Origin: Octopus vulgaris
Taxonomy: Eukaryota
Assembly: GCA_951406725.2 (NCBI GenBank)
Contig: OX597830.1
Span: 54,994,001 to 55,058,000, forward strand
Length of the DNA stretch: 64,000 bases
Direction of reading: 5' to 3'
The notes beneath the pieces are model-generated. The model did no database searches, was not told where the DNA came from, and saw only the letters and a list, made by a program, of their open reading frames with translations. Position 1 is the first letter of the stretch. The number at the start of each line of letters is the position of its first letter. Positions 1-13,910 of this stretch are shown here, one piece after another. The position numbers and the translations under genes are program-made.

Positions 1-456
1 AATATCATCTCCAGCTTGCTATATGACACACTATCTGTGTCCTTATATTTTAGAACAAGGGAGTTTAGCATCCCCACTTGGCACAAAACAATATCTATGT
101 ATTGTGATTTCTGGGTTATTTCCCTTTATTAGCACAGAATAACTGTTCAGTTAGAGATGGTACTGCTAAATTCTTGTTTGAAATATATAGTTTTCAAAGT
201 GACACACAGTCACTGATCTAATAAAATAAAAAAATTCTATTTCTAAATCTCACAACAAGAGATATTCAGTAACAGTACTCTAGAGTAAAGAATATTTGCC
301 AACATAATATGGCAGTCCTGGGTTAGGACGAATGTTACTGTTATTTAGCCCCAGGAAACATCATCCCCAGCTGGCTCTACAACACACTGTGTCCATATAT
401 TTTCAAACAAGGGTGTTTAGCAGTGCACCTCTAGCTGTGTAAGGAAGTTCCAGTCT

Positions 457-1027
457 CTAACTGTGGAGGGAATCTGTGGTAGAATTAGACCCAGGAAGAC
501 ATGGGATGAAGTGGTGAAGCATGATGTTCAAACTTTGAGCCTCACAGAGGCAATGACTAGTGACTGAGACCTTTGGCAGTATGCTGTACTTGAGAAGACC
601 CATCAACCCAAGTGAAATCATAGTCATCGGTGATGTTGGTGTCGTGTAACTGGTACTCATGCCAGTGGCACATAAAGAGCACTATTCACGCATTGGGCTC
701 ATGAAGGCAAAGTGGCTGAGTTCCTTTCAAGTGTTGGACCTCACGGGGGCAGTGACTGAGACCGTTGGCATTATGTCATGCTTGAGAAGAAGAGTCACCA
801 AGCTGAGCAAAATCGCAGTCATGGAAGATGCCGGTGTCACGCAAATGGCACCGGTGCCGGTGGCATATAAAAGCACCCATTATTACACTCTTGGAGTGGT
901 TGGTATCAGGAAGGGCATCCAGCCATAGAAAACCATTCCATATTAGACTGGATTCTGGTGCAGCCTTCCAGCTTACCAGCCCTTGTCAAACCATCCAACC
1001 TATGTCAGCATGGACAACTGTCATTAA

Positions 1028-1062
<35 letters not shown>
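457..1062 (+). mobile_element. Interspersed retroposon (RTE-tail-type SINE or LINE 3' end) with (GAT)n tail
   Basis: Ends gagtggttggtatcaggaagggcatccagc...tcagcatggacaactgtcattaaat(gat)n. Related copies at 10560-10888, 14808-15180, 33690-33870, 49850-50400, 50765-51035 and 62110-62790. Confidence 0.65.
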
Positions 1063-1071
1063 ACCTATCAG

Positions 1072-2330
1072 CATACATACATACATACATACATACATAC
1101 ATACATACATACATACATGCATGCATGCATGCATACATACATACATACATACATACATACATACATACATACATACATACATACATACAAACAAAAATAC
1201 CCTGTTGCTGAAATTCTAATGAAGGAGCCTTGGATCTAGGTTAGAAACCAGGTCTTTCTCTACTAGCATGAAATCTTGAAATAAAACTGAATAATGACAT
1301 ACATACATACATACATACATACATAAATAAATAAATAAATACATATGTGCATACATACATAAATGCATATTGAAGTAACAGGCCACAAACCAACCCATCT
1401 GGAACAAGATACAGCTGAATTTGGGATCTTGAGGAGAGAATGCAAATCTTTAATTCCTACACTACAAATGATCACAACATCTGGGACTATAAAAATCTGC
1501 AGGACCTTGAGATTTAAAAGTAGACACTTTCCTTCACAAACTGGTTTCCAAGTTGGTGGCTGGTCAAAATTTACTCTAAATTAAAACGACAAAGAGAACA
1601 TAGAAACATACATACATACAAACATACATACATACAGCCATACATACATACATCCATACATACATGCATACATACATACATACATACATACATACATAAA
1701 TACATACATACATTCATACATACACGCACACATATACATACATACTTACAAACATACACACATAAAACCAGCTCTTTCTCTATTGGCAAGAAACCTTGAG
1801 ATAAAACTGAACAATGACATACACACGCACACACATACATACATACATACATACATACATACATACATACATACATACACACATACACACACACATACAT
1901 ACATACATTAACATACATACATACACATATACATACATACATACATACATACATACATACATACATACATACATACATACACACACACATAAAACCGGCT
2001 CTTTCTCTATTGGCAAGAAATCTTGAAATAAAACTGAACAATGACATACACACACATACATACATACATACATACATACATACATACATACATACACACA
2101 TTCATACATACATTAACATACATACATACACACATACATACATACATACATACATACATACATACATACATACATACATACATACATACACACACACATA
2201 AAACCGGCTCTTTCTCTATTGGCAAGAAATCTTGAAATAAAACTGAACAATGACATACACACACACACACACACACATACACACACATACATACATACAT
2301 ACATACATACATGCACACACACACACATAC
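1072..2330. repeat. Compound (CATA)n/(CA)n array with a tandem ~210-230 bp unit
   Basis: Motif aaaccggctctttctctattggcaagaaatcttgaaataaaactgaacaatga recurs near 1245, 1764, 1991 and 2200 between CATA runs. A related sequence lies at 7450-7690. Confidence 0.85.
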
Positions 2331-2479
2331 ATGTCTCCATTTACAGCGGAGACATGTTCTAAAGGGGTACACATGTACAGCTACATGAACTGGGCTATTA
2401 TCAACAAGTCTGAGTGTATATATATCTGTTCTGTAGACGGTGTGTGTTGATGTAGCGTAAGGTGTCAGGTGTGTTGGTC

Positions 2480-2552
2480 TTAGGACCGGTGACCTGGCAA
2501 GTGGTTGTAAGCTGACGCACCACCAACTCTGCCAGCTGTCACTCTGATAAAG
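2480..2552 (-). CDS. Candidate terminal coding exon of an unidentified host gene (FIRVTAGRVGGASAYNHLPGHRS*)
   Basis: Non-repetitive island. Acceptor ttattctgcgttactttcag at 2553 and above. Phase-2 reading is open to TAA at 2482-2480 and matches the phase-2 donor of exon 27761-27977. Confidence 0.4.
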
Positions 2553-2801
2553 CTGAAAGTAACGCAGAATAACAAGCATACTACGGTATGAGCTAAATCT
2601 CACACTAGTTTCAGCTAATATATTAATTAATCCTAATCTGATTAACAGACTGAGAGGAGGAAGATGGTGGTGGTGGTGGTGGGGATATAAAAGTTAATCT
2701 CTTTATTGATTTAGTGATATGTTACAGTATGACTAGAGATTCATACATACAGGTATGTATATATATATGTCTACACACACACACACACACATATATACAT
2801 A

Positions 2802-2845
<44 letters not shown>

Positions 2846-2859
2846 TATATACATAGATG

Positions 2860-2936
<77 letters not shown>

Positions 2937-2947
2937 TATATACATAG

Positions 2948-2990
<43 letters not shown>

Positions 2991-3235
2991 CATATGTGTA
3001 TGTAAGTATATACATGCATGTACATGCACATACACAAATAAGCAAACATAAATATACATATCAATCTATATAATTATATATACAATGAATGTATATAGAG
3101 TATGCTAGTATGGATAAGCAGGGCAAAACATTGTTCAATACCAAAGCCATAGCATTGGATAGTATTATTTATGACTATAACAGCTGGCACCTCACATCTA
3201 TTATGTATTTATACATGTGTGTATGTGTGTGTGTG

Positions 3236-3366
<131 letters not shown>

Positions 3367-3642
3367 AGAGAGAGAGAGAGAGTACAATGAGAAAAAGAAA
3401 GTTCTTGGTACACTATCATATATTTGAAAAAATATACACAAAAAGTATGTGCATATGTTTTTTGTGTATATACTTGCAAGAAAAAAATTTTGCTATTTAA
3501 ACAACCAGTAAAACATACATCTTCTAGTTTAAAAATGGCTATTTGAAGTTCAACACTCATATCAGAGTCATTGTCATTCTTTGTAAACATAATTATTAAA
3601 ATAAAAATTATTCAAAACAGCTATCTCTACTCATTCTTTCAA

Positions 3643-3686
<44 letters not shown>

Positions 3687-3752
3687 GTATATACATACAT
3701 ATATATACACACACACACACACGCACACATATGTATATACATACATATATAC

Positions 3753-3822
<70 letters not shown>

Positions 3823-4089
3823 ATATATATATATGAGTAACAAAGATGTACAGGTGTCAATTCATTATTTCAAGTGAGATGTTTAATTGACTAATGAAAA
3901 CATTGCATCATTTGAAAGAAACCATTCTCATCCGATGACCATGAAAAGACTTCAAACATTAAGAATACAACCATTTCTTTAACATATTTACATCAATAAA
4001 AATCAATATAAATAGCTTGAAATTAACTGAACAACAGTCTGGAAAATTGTCACGACATTTCAAGGGACTGGTTCCAATGCTAAACCACT

Positions 4090-4834
4090 TGGATGTGGCT
4101 GAAAAGGAAATGTGTAGACCCCTCAGCCTATCAAATGTATCAGAGAAAAGGTACAGCAAAATCCTTGTCGTTCTGTCGTAAAACTGGAGTCACAGTAAAA
4201 ATAAGCTGAACACTGGTGTATTAAATGTTGAAGGAAGATATCAGGACCCACCTTACAAGATGATCTGGTATCATGAGTTCATGCAAGTTCATAAGGCCAT
4301 GAGATTGGAGAGAAGTTATTTTATCTTACATCAGATTGCTGAAGGCCTAACCTGGTGTTCACTGATGAAAAGAAATGTGACATCAAGCAGACACACTTTG
4401 GAGTGTATCTGGCTCTGTGAAAGGTAGACTCATAAATTGACATCAAAATCCACAGTCAGTTATGGTTTTGATGACTGTGACAGACATTGGAAGGTCTCCT
4501 CTCATTTGTGTTCTCTCAGGTGTTAAAATTAACACCCAGCAATACATTAGTGACGTTCTTATTTCTTTACTGCCCACAGGAGGCTACACACAGAGGGGAC
4601 AAACAAGGACAGACAAATGGATTAAGTCGATTATATCGACCCCAGTGCGTAACTGGTACTTATTTAATCGTCCCCGAAAGGATGAAAGGCAAAGTCGGCC
4701 TCGGCAGAATTTGAACTCAGAACGTAACAGCAGACGAAATACCGCTAAGTACTTTGCCCAGCGTGCTAACGGTTCTGCCAGCTTGCCACCTTAAAGTCAC
4801 AGGGACTTTCTGGAAGCTGAACTGCTTCCATGGG
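4090..4834 (+). pseudogene. Decayed mariner-type (maT/DD37D-like) transposase fragment split by a SINE
   Basis: Translates to LVFTDEKKCDI...QSVMVLMTVTDIGRSPLICVLSGVKINTQQYISDVL, then SINE 4561-4794, then LEAELLPW. Confidence 0.65.
4561..4794 (-). mobile_element. tRNA-derived SINE (ggcgagctggcagaa family)
   Basis: Reverse complement begins ggtggcaagctggcagaaccgttagc and has a B-box-like gagttcaaattc. Many copies in the window (e.g. 19047, 24041, 30930, 52011, 53148, 53899, 56591, 59325). Confidence 0.8.
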
Positions 4835-4951
4835 TGAAATTTTCCTATACCAGGAGGCTCCAATCGAAACGAAACCAAAATGATAAGGTTGAGAAACGCT
4901 GTTATAGATTATGCCTAACCGAAAACAATCACAGCCACATCATCCAAACAG

Positions 4952-4980
4952 ACCGGGTGAAACTGGGCTTAGCTGTTAGT
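4952..4980 (+). mobile_element. Helitron-like 3' terminus (degenerate)
   Basis: accgggtgaaactggg hairpin, then ~10 nt, then ttag|t running into (TA)n. Confidence 0.35.
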
Positions 4981-5529
4981 ATATATATATATATTCATGT
5001 ACATTCATATTTAACATGCTTGGAAAGATTTTCTGCTGAGAAAACTTTTCCTTGTAGATATTACGTGTGAAAGCACATCAGGCTGTGAATGACATCATTG
5101 TATGGTAGGTTACTTGCATTTCTGCATTATTTTATGTTGTCAGCTACTGATGTATGTAAAACTTGATCAAGCTAGAATTAAATAATTAGGCTGCACAAAG
5201 CGATTTTAATATGCTTGGCCACACTTGGACATGGGAGGACAATGCAAAAAATAATGCAGAAACATGTGTTCTACAATCCAGTGCATCGTTCATAGCCCAA
5301 TGTGTTTTCATGCATATGTCATCTAAGAAGTGAATAGCTTCTTTGGATTATTTCCATAGTGGAAGGTCTTCCCACGTATGAGCAGGCTCAAGCATGTTAA
5401 TATGACTTTGCACGAATGAACTTTAATCAATGCTGTTTCATGCAACTTTAGATATGTATCTGTATTTTCGTATGTTTGTGTGTGCGTGTATGTGTATGTA
5501 TATATGTATATATATATATATAATGTGTG

Positions 5530-5643
<114 letters not shown>

Positions 5644-5648
5644 TTATA

Positions 5649-5681
<33 letters not shown>

Positions 5682-6121
5682 ATGTATATGGACACACACA
5701 CAGACTTCGAAAGCCTTATTGCCAGATGTTGTAATTATTGCCCAACTCTTAGGTAGTATTGTTTGTTGCACTAAGCACTCTTGTTAGTACTCTTGCTTTT
5801 CATTGTACTAAGTACTCTTGTTTTCTGTTCAAATGGATTTTGCTGCGAGTTTTTAACCCCAAGAAGACATCTCTAGCTGGTTAACACTGCACAGTTGCAT
5901 CCAATATATTGTGAGCAGGGAAACTGAACACTTATCACATTCTAGCGACAGAACAAACACACAGTAATTCAATCAACTACCATTGTGGCAACTTACGTGT
6001 TCAGTGCAAGTTCAGGTTGAACTAACACACAAACTTCACTCTGACCACTACTCCTTATAATCACTCAGTCCAGGCTATTTCTCACAAGGGGCCATCGTGA
6101 CTCTCATCACAGCAATAATTA

Positions 6122-6270
6122 AAAATGCCCCAATGCAGTACCAAGCAGTGGCTCTCATGGTTTCTGATCTCAGTTAACTGGAAATGTTTTTTCTTGGTGT
6201 AAAAGACAGGCTACAGCAAATATTTTACTCAGTACTCCAGATTTGCTTGTCAGTTGCTTGACCTTAACTA
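6122..6270 (+). mobile_element. Diverged partial copy of the TAA-flanked element at 60021-60576 (opposite orientation)
   Basis: tgccccaatgcagtaccaagcagtggctctcatggtttctgatct... matches the reverse complement of 60420-60576. Confidence 0.65.
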
Positions 6271-7743
6271 ATCAAAAGTTGCTTTGGTCAGATAAGGCTA
6301 CAAGACCAGCCCAAACCACCTATGAATATGGAGAAACAGACCATACTGAGCACTGCTTTGTCTGCTCCCTACTTACAAACCCCTTCAAAGTTCAATAGAA
6401 ATGCAAAGAACTGTGTAAAGGGGCAAAGCTAAAATATATGTACCAACTGAAACAGCCCTTGAGTTAGCTACCACCTTACCATCATCCCACCTTGCCAACA
6501 ATACAGGCTTATACAGCAGTACCAAAAGTGCTGCCCCAATAAAAGCATTGCCTGGGATGACAGTCCATTTCTCCCCTCCTCGGTAAAATTACAGGAAACT
6601 GTCATAATTCCATCATGCTTCAAAGAACCAAAACAGAAGAAGCAGACTTTCTTTTGGATAAACATTGATGGCATGGAGAGGGGGCGGGGCTTGCATGCAT
6701 GGGCTATAGGTAGTCCTTCTCAAATGATCTTATCCAGATTTGCATGCAGAGGTGCAGATACAACAGAGGCTCTAAATAACAGTGTGTGATACTGTATTAC
6801 ATATATTTCTGTAAAGATAAGATTATTTCCTATTCTGGTGACCACCATTTTAATGAATATTTTGTGAGTTCCTGTTGAGATGAATGAAAGAAAAGAATAT
6901 GAAGCCAACTTAGATAAGTCAAAAGGTGAGTGTGTGTGCTTGCCTCCAGTGCCAAAAAGTACAGTCACCAAAACAGATTGACTGTCCGATCAGCCAAGCA
7001 AAATCATCAGCTGCACCCAAACATTTCATCCCACCTTTTTCGTAAGTATCTGATTCGTTCAGTAAGCAAAGAAAATAAACCACAAGATTTATCATTGCAT
7101 ACATTGACTGTGAAAACCTAATAAAGTATGGTGTGAGATTTTTTTCTGCATCTGGTTATGGACACATCCTTGACACACTATGGATATAGTATTATGTATT
7201 ATGATATATGCATTACATGCTGTATATATGCATACAAGAAGACAAACACATATGAGAAGCACACAATGTCTATAACACAGCATAGAAAGACTAAATGTGT
7301 GTGTGTGTATGTATGTATGTATGTATGTATGTATGTTTGTATGTATGTATGTATGTATGTATGTATGTATGTATGTATGTATGTATGTATGTATGTATGT
7401 ATGTATAAGTGTATGTATGTATGCATGAATGTATGTATGTAGGCATGCATCCTTTAAATCTCAAGGTCCTGCAGATTTTTATGGTCCCAGATGTTGTGGT
7501 CATTTGTAGTGTAGGAATTAAGGATTTGCATTCTCTTCCCAAGATCCCAAGATCCCAAGTTCAACCATATTTTGCTCCAGACCAGTTGGTATGTATCCTG
7601 TTGCACCAATAATAATGGGTATGGAGCTGAAACGTGTATCTTGGCTACTGGATTTATCGATGGTCCAAAGATGTCCTCTTTCTCTATGCATATGGGCATG
7701 TGTATATGTATGCATGTATGTTTATATGTATGTGTGTATGTAT

Positions 7744-7792
<49 letters not shown>

Positions 7793-8350
7793 CATACACA
7801 CACATATATATATAGAGAGAGAGAGAGAAAGAGAGAGTGAAGGAAAACAAGAAAGATGTGTATGTATATATCTAATTGTGTGTGTGTTTCTGTGTGTATG
7901 TGTGTGAGTGTGTGTGTGTGTGTGTATGAATATATGAATATATTAATTCTATGAATAAATGAATATATTAGCTCTGTATCTTGTATTCATCACATTCTCT
8001 CTTTTGTTATTCAACAACAGAATGCACATGCACACCCTCTCTCACACACACATGCACACATACACGCACACACTCACTTGCATATACATACACACTACCA
8101 TACACATACTACCATACACTGACACACCCGATCATACACACACATACACTCCTACTCACACATGCATACATTCATTCACAAAAAACATACATATCCAAGC
8201 ACATGTAGAAACATACACGCTTTACGCATTTACACAGCGATATGAATGAACACATAGATATATACACACACAAACACACTTTTACATACTCACACACACA
8301 TACATATGCACATACATACACCCATACCTAAACACACAGTTACATACACT

Positions 8351-8396
<46 letters not shown>

Positions 8397-8460
8397 TTTG
8401 ATAAGCTTAGTACAAGGAGAAGAATAAGAATGAAGTGATATGATGTCTATAGCCCTTACA

Positions 8461-8740
8461 AGGTGGTGGTGGTGGTGATGGTGGTGGTGGTGGTGGTGGT
8501 GGTGGTGGTGGTGGTGGTGGTGGTGGTGGTGGTGGTGGTGGTGGTGGTGGTGGTGGTGGTGGTGGTGGTGGTGGTGGTGGTGGTGATGGTCGTTGCGATG
8601 GTTGCAACAGTGGTGTGGTTGATGTGGTAGTGTTTGTAATAGTGGCAGCAGGATTTGGGGTGGCGATGATGGTGATGGTCTTAGTGGTGGTGGTGGTCTT
8701 AATGGTGGTGGTGGTGGTGGTCTTGGTAATGGTGTTGGTA
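8461..8740. repeat. (GGT)n microsatellite
   Basis: Direct reading. Similar tracts at 25480-25680 and 32210-32440. Confidence 0.95.
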
Positions 8741-9321
8741 GCAAAGACAAGTACATTCAACCAGAGTGTGTTTGGGGTAGCTGATATGGTAGCCGATCAC
8801 TGTGACCTGTTGAAGGTCACTCCTGGCTTTACTGAGGCTGACAGGCAACACAGAGAGGAGGAGAAGGGAAAGGGGAGGATAACATGGAAGGTGGAGAGAG
8901 GCTGAGTGGGGGAGAAGAGAGTATTAAACTAATGTTGTTGTTGCTGTAGGGAGGAAGAATTGGACAGATGGTTTTAGAAGAAGGTTTGTTGGTGGGGGGA
9001 GACTCGGAGGGGGGGTATAAGTGACAGGAAGAGGAGAGTCAGGGCATGGGATTAGATAGCTAGATAAGTAGTAAGAGAGAGAGAGAGAGAGAATAAAGAG
9101 AGAGAGAGAATAAGAGAGAGAGAGAATAAGAGAGAGAGAGAAATGGAAAGAGATAGAGACAATGAAACAACAAATACACAGAATATCGATACATATATAC
9201 ATTAGCACATATACACACATATACACACAAAAACTTTGTGTGTGTGCACGCGCACGCATGTGTATGTATGTATGTATGCACCTCTTTCTCTCTCTCTCTC
9301 TATATATATATATACATATAT

Positions 9322-9352
<31 letters not shown>

Positions 9353-9359
9353 CATACAT

Positions 9360-9392
<33 letters not shown>

Positions 9393-9930
9393 CATTCATA
9401 CATACATACATACATACATACATACATACATACATACATACATACATACATAGATGAAAATTACTCCAAAAAACATGAGTAAGATTTTAAGGCAAAGAAG
9501 ATTCAGACAAGTGAAAGCAAGTAACTAAAAAAGTAGAAACAAAGAAAAAAAAAAAAGAAAATAGTTAAGGAAGTAAAGAGTAAGAAGTGTACAATGAAGA
9601 TAAATGTGCTGCCAGAGGAAGAAACAAAAGAGAATCTGATGGTTTGGGCAAAATCATTTATGAAAAGGAAGGAAAAGGATAAGGAGAGGCAAGAGAAAAA
9701 GAAAGATATATACGATATTGAATTTAAGACATCTGTTTACATGCCAGGCTCGTGTGTGTATACACGTACATAGATAAATCCATACGCACACACACACACA
9801 TACACGCAAACATATTTATATATGTATATATGTGTATGCATGTATGTATGTATGTATGGATGTATGGATGTATGTATGTATGTGTGTATGTATATATGTA
9901 TGTGTGAATGTGTGGATATATATATATGTG

Positions 9931-9966
<36 letters not shown>

Positions 9967-10004
9967 TATGTATACATATATATATATGTATATATGTATA
10001 TATG

Positions 10005-10037
<33 letters not shown>

Positions 10038-10072
10038 GTATATATATATGTATATATATATATATGTATATA

Positions 10073-10198
<126 letters not shown>

Positions 10199-10485
10199 TA
10201 TATAGATATACACAAACACACACACACACACAACTTTTATCTTTTACCTTGTACTTGTTTCAGTTATTCAACTGCAGCCATTCTGAGGCATGGCCTTGAA
10301 GGGTTTTAGTCAAACAAATCAAATACGAAGTCTTATTTTTTTCAGCATAGTACTTATTCTATTGGGATCTATTGTGAAACCACTAAATTACGGGGATGTA
10401 AACACACCAATGCCAGTTGTGTAGCAGTGGTGGGGGACAAACACAAACACATAGACAAACACACACACACACACAAACAGATATA

Positions 10486-10559
<74 letters not shown>

Positions 10560-10560
<1 letters not shown>

Positions 10561-10888
10561 TCATCATCATCATCCTCATCATTTAGCGTCCGTTCTCCAT
10601 GCTAGCATGGGTTGGACGGTTCAACTGGGGTCTGTGAAGCTGGAAGGCTTCTTCAGGCCCAGTCAGATCTGGCAGTGTTTCTACGGCTGGATGCCCTTCC
10701 TAACGCCAACCACTCCGTGAGTGTAGTGGGTGCTTTTTATGTGCCACCCGCACAGGTGCCAGACAGAGCTGGCAAACGGCCACGAACGGATGGTGCTTTT
10801 ACGTGTCACCAGGCACGGGGGCCAGGCGAGGCTGGCAACGGACACGAACGGATGGTGCTTTTACATGCCACCGACACGGGGGCCAGAC
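10560..10888 (-). mobile_element. Young RTE-tail-type retroposon copy, nearly identical to 14808-15135
   Basis: (cat)n ttagcgtccgttctccatgctagcatgggttggacggttcaactggggtctgtgaagc... is shared almost base for base with 14831-15135. Confidence 0.8.
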
Positions 10889-11011
10889 ATATATATATAT
10901 ATATATATATATATAAATTTATATATGAGGATAATATCGATATTTAAGTGTCGAAATTATCAAGTGGCCAGCATGAAAGAAATACCTTACAAAGGTAAAA
11001 CAATTTTTAAC

Positions 11012-11498
11012 AATTAAAAATGAGGGTGTCTAAAAGACACCAACATGCCGAAAATACAGTCGAAACTCTGACTATAAAACCACGTTAAATGTTCATATCG
11101 CACCATGAGGTAAAGCGGAGGACAAAACATACAAGCAAAAATTATTGAATAATTCAAGATCCAAGGATTTCTGGTTCTGCTTTAGATAAGCTTTACCGTC
11201 ATCAATTGAATATATCAAGGGTACATAAATACAGATATATATATGCACATATATATCTGTATATATATGTGCATATATATATCTGTATTTATGTACCCTT
11301 GATATATTCAATTGATGACGGTAAAGCTTATCTAAAGCAGAACCAGAAATCCTTGGATCTTGAATTATTCAATAATTTTTGCTTGTATGTTTTGTCCCTC
11401 CGCTTTACCTCATGGTGCGATATGAACATTTAACGTGGTTTTATAGTCAGAGTTTCGACTGCTATTTCGGCATGTTGGTGTCTTTTAGACACCCTCAT

Positions 11499-11506
<8 letters not shown>
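11012..11506. repeat. Near-perfect 495-bp palindrome (fold-back unit)
   Basis: 11012-11256 is the reverse complement of 11261-11506 around a 4-nt loop (ctgt). Only a 1-nt indel and one small local difference were seen. Confidence 0.95.
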
Positions 11507-11553
<47 letters not shown>

Positions 11554-11779
11554 AAAAAAGCAACAAGACCTCCCCGGGACCTAGTCCCCCGCCCAGCAAC
11601 CGAATTCATGGACGAGGGGGAACCCGGGGTGCCGGTGTATTAAGGTGGAGACGGCAGCCACCCGCCGAGGCACCCCACTTGTCGTATGGTTAACACCATA
11701 TAGATTTCCGGTGCATCCTAGTTAAGGACCATATTCATGTGAATTCTTTAGAATTCACTTGAATCTCAATCACTTAACC

Positions 11780-11829
<50 letters not shown>

Positions 11830-11832
<3 letters not shown>

Positions 11833-12232
11833 CGCAGGAGTGGCTGTGTGGTAAGTAGCTTGCTAACCAACCACATGGTTCCGGGTTCAGTCCCACTGCG
11901 TGGCATCTTGGGCAAGTGTCTTCTGCTATAGCCCCGGGCCGACCAATGCCTTGTGAGTGGATTTGGTAGACGGAAACTGAAAGAAGCCTGTTGTATATAT
12001 GTGTATATATGTGTATGTGTGTGTGTGTGTGTTTGTGTGTGTGTGTTTGTCCCCCTAGCATTGCTTGACAACCGATGATGGTGTGTTCACGTCCCCGTCA
12101 CTTAGCGGTTCGGCAAAAGAGACTTATAGAATAAGTACTGGGCTTACAAAGAATAAGTCCCAGGGTCGATTTGCTCGACTAAAGGCGGTGCTCCAGCATG
12201 GCCGCAGTCAAATGACTGAAACAAGTAAAAGA
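11830..12232 (+). mobile_element. tRNA-derived CORE-like SINE with an internal (TG)n tract
   Basis: ggcgcaggagtggctgtgtggtaag (A box), gggttcagtccc (B box), cttgggcaagtgtc core-like motif. Copies near 26911, 44945, 45880-46290, 47610-48010 and 58470-59075. Confidence 0.8.
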
Positions 12233-12241
12233 GTATATATA

Positions 12242-12282
<41 letters not shown>

Positions 12283-12348
12283 CTGCATGTGTATCGTTGG
12301 TGATTTTCTTTCTCCATCTTCCCTTCCTTGGACTTTTCCTTTTTCTAT

Positions 12349-12379
12349 GTTTCTGACGAAGAGCTCGAAACATTAAATC
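12349..12379 (+). ncRNA. Minimal hammerhead ribozyme motif in a PLE-like repeat (12290-12480)
   Basis: gttt CTGACGA a gagctc GAAA cat TA aatc. Core is canonical; stem II has no loop and stems I and III are imperfect. Confidence 0.5.
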
Positions 12380-12513
12380 CTCCTTCTTTCTTTCCTTTCC
12401 TGAGCGTTCAATAACTCTATACTTGTTCTACGTCCTCGAAATGTTGTGTTTTCTCTTTGTTCATGTTTGGATTAACTATGTGTATATATATATATATATA
12501 TATCTCCAAACCT

Positions 12514-12561
<48 letters not shown>

Positions 12562-13056
12562 GGAGTTAAACCCAATCAAAATGCCCGAAACTTGATACGC
12601 CAATTGAATGCCGGCTCATAGTGCTAGTAATATCTATAATTCATGTATTGACTCAAATGGAAAAATATGTCATCAAGAAGGGCTTCTGTTTGAAAAATTT
12701 TCATGATGTTCCATATCTAGATGCTTTTATTAAATTCACTCAGTTGTTAAAAATAAATAAACCTTGGAATTAAATGGCTTTGATTTACTGTCAGTTGACT
12801 TTTGGCCAGCTCTGTATATGTAATTAACTACTTCTATGATTCATTTGAATCTAGGTATTTTAATAATCAGGACACCAAGTCAGGGTGTGTATATCATTCA
12901 CAGATACTCCTGCATGTGTGTGTATATAATTTACAGATACTCCTGCATATATCAGGGCATATACTCTCTTACTTGTTGCCAAAATGAATGGGTCAACATA
13001 CATTCTATATCTTGATATTTTTGTGGGGGACTTAATTTTCGAATTTCAAGTGTTAA

Positions 13057-13138
13057 TTCACCTGAAGAAAATGCTTTTGTTTATATTGTAATCGGTTTAT
13101 TCATCAATAAAAAGCATGTCTGAAACAGCTGTTGTGAA
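13057..13138 (+). ncRNA. Type-I hammerhead ribozyme (minimal palindromic stem III)
   Basis: Stem I ttcac (13057-61)/gtgaa (13134-38); CTGAAGA 13062-68; stem II atgctttt/aaaagcat; GAAA 13122-25; palindromic CAGCTG; GUU triplet with predicted cleavage after 13133. Confidence 0.7.
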
Positions 13139-13599
13139 CCTCAACCCATTTGTGTTCTTTATATGTATATATATATATATATATATACATATGCATGCAT
13201 GCTTGTGTGTGTGTGTGTTTTATACACCATCATCATCTTTGTTTTACCAGCCACTTCTCCCTGTTTGCCTGAGTCAAACGAAATTTCTTGAAGTAGATTT
13301 TCTTTGACAAGATGCTTTGTCGGTTGCCAGCTTCCACCTCTTTCAAGCATGTGGACAGTCTTTCAAGCACAGTGGACAAGCAATCTCACAAAAGACTGCA
13401 GGCAAACAACACCACTCATACGCCTATTACATTTGTTTAAAGTAAGAAAAAGGCAGAGAGAGAGAGAGAAATGATAGATTTGTAAAGATCTGAAACTCAG
13501 CTATTAAACATTTTTATTATGATTAGAAATTTACAGTTTTCTGCTAAAGAGAAATAATATTTAAAATCCCTGATTTCATTAATTTATTTGAGTTTCATC

Positions 13600-13910
13600 T
13601 GGTTTTGTTGGGTTTAATCTGGTTTGGTTGGGTTTGATTTTGCTCTATCAGATCTGGTTGGATTTGATGTGGTTTGGTTGGGTTCTGGTTCTATCTGATT
13701 TCGTTGGATTTAATCTGTTGGTTGTAATTGATCTGATTTTGTTGGATTTATCTGGTCTGAGTTGGTTTGATTGATTGGACCTCGTATGGTTGGGACCGAT
13801 CTGGTTTGGTATTGTTTGATTTGGTTTTGTTGGGGTTTGAACTTGTTTAGTCTGGTCTGGGCTACTTTAATTGGGTTTGATGCAGTTTAGTCTGATTTAG
13901 CTGAATTTAG
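13600..13910. repeat. Degenerate pentameric (TGGTT-like) low-complexity satellite
   Basis: ctggttttgttgggtttaatctggtttggttgggtttg... Confidence 0.7.
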
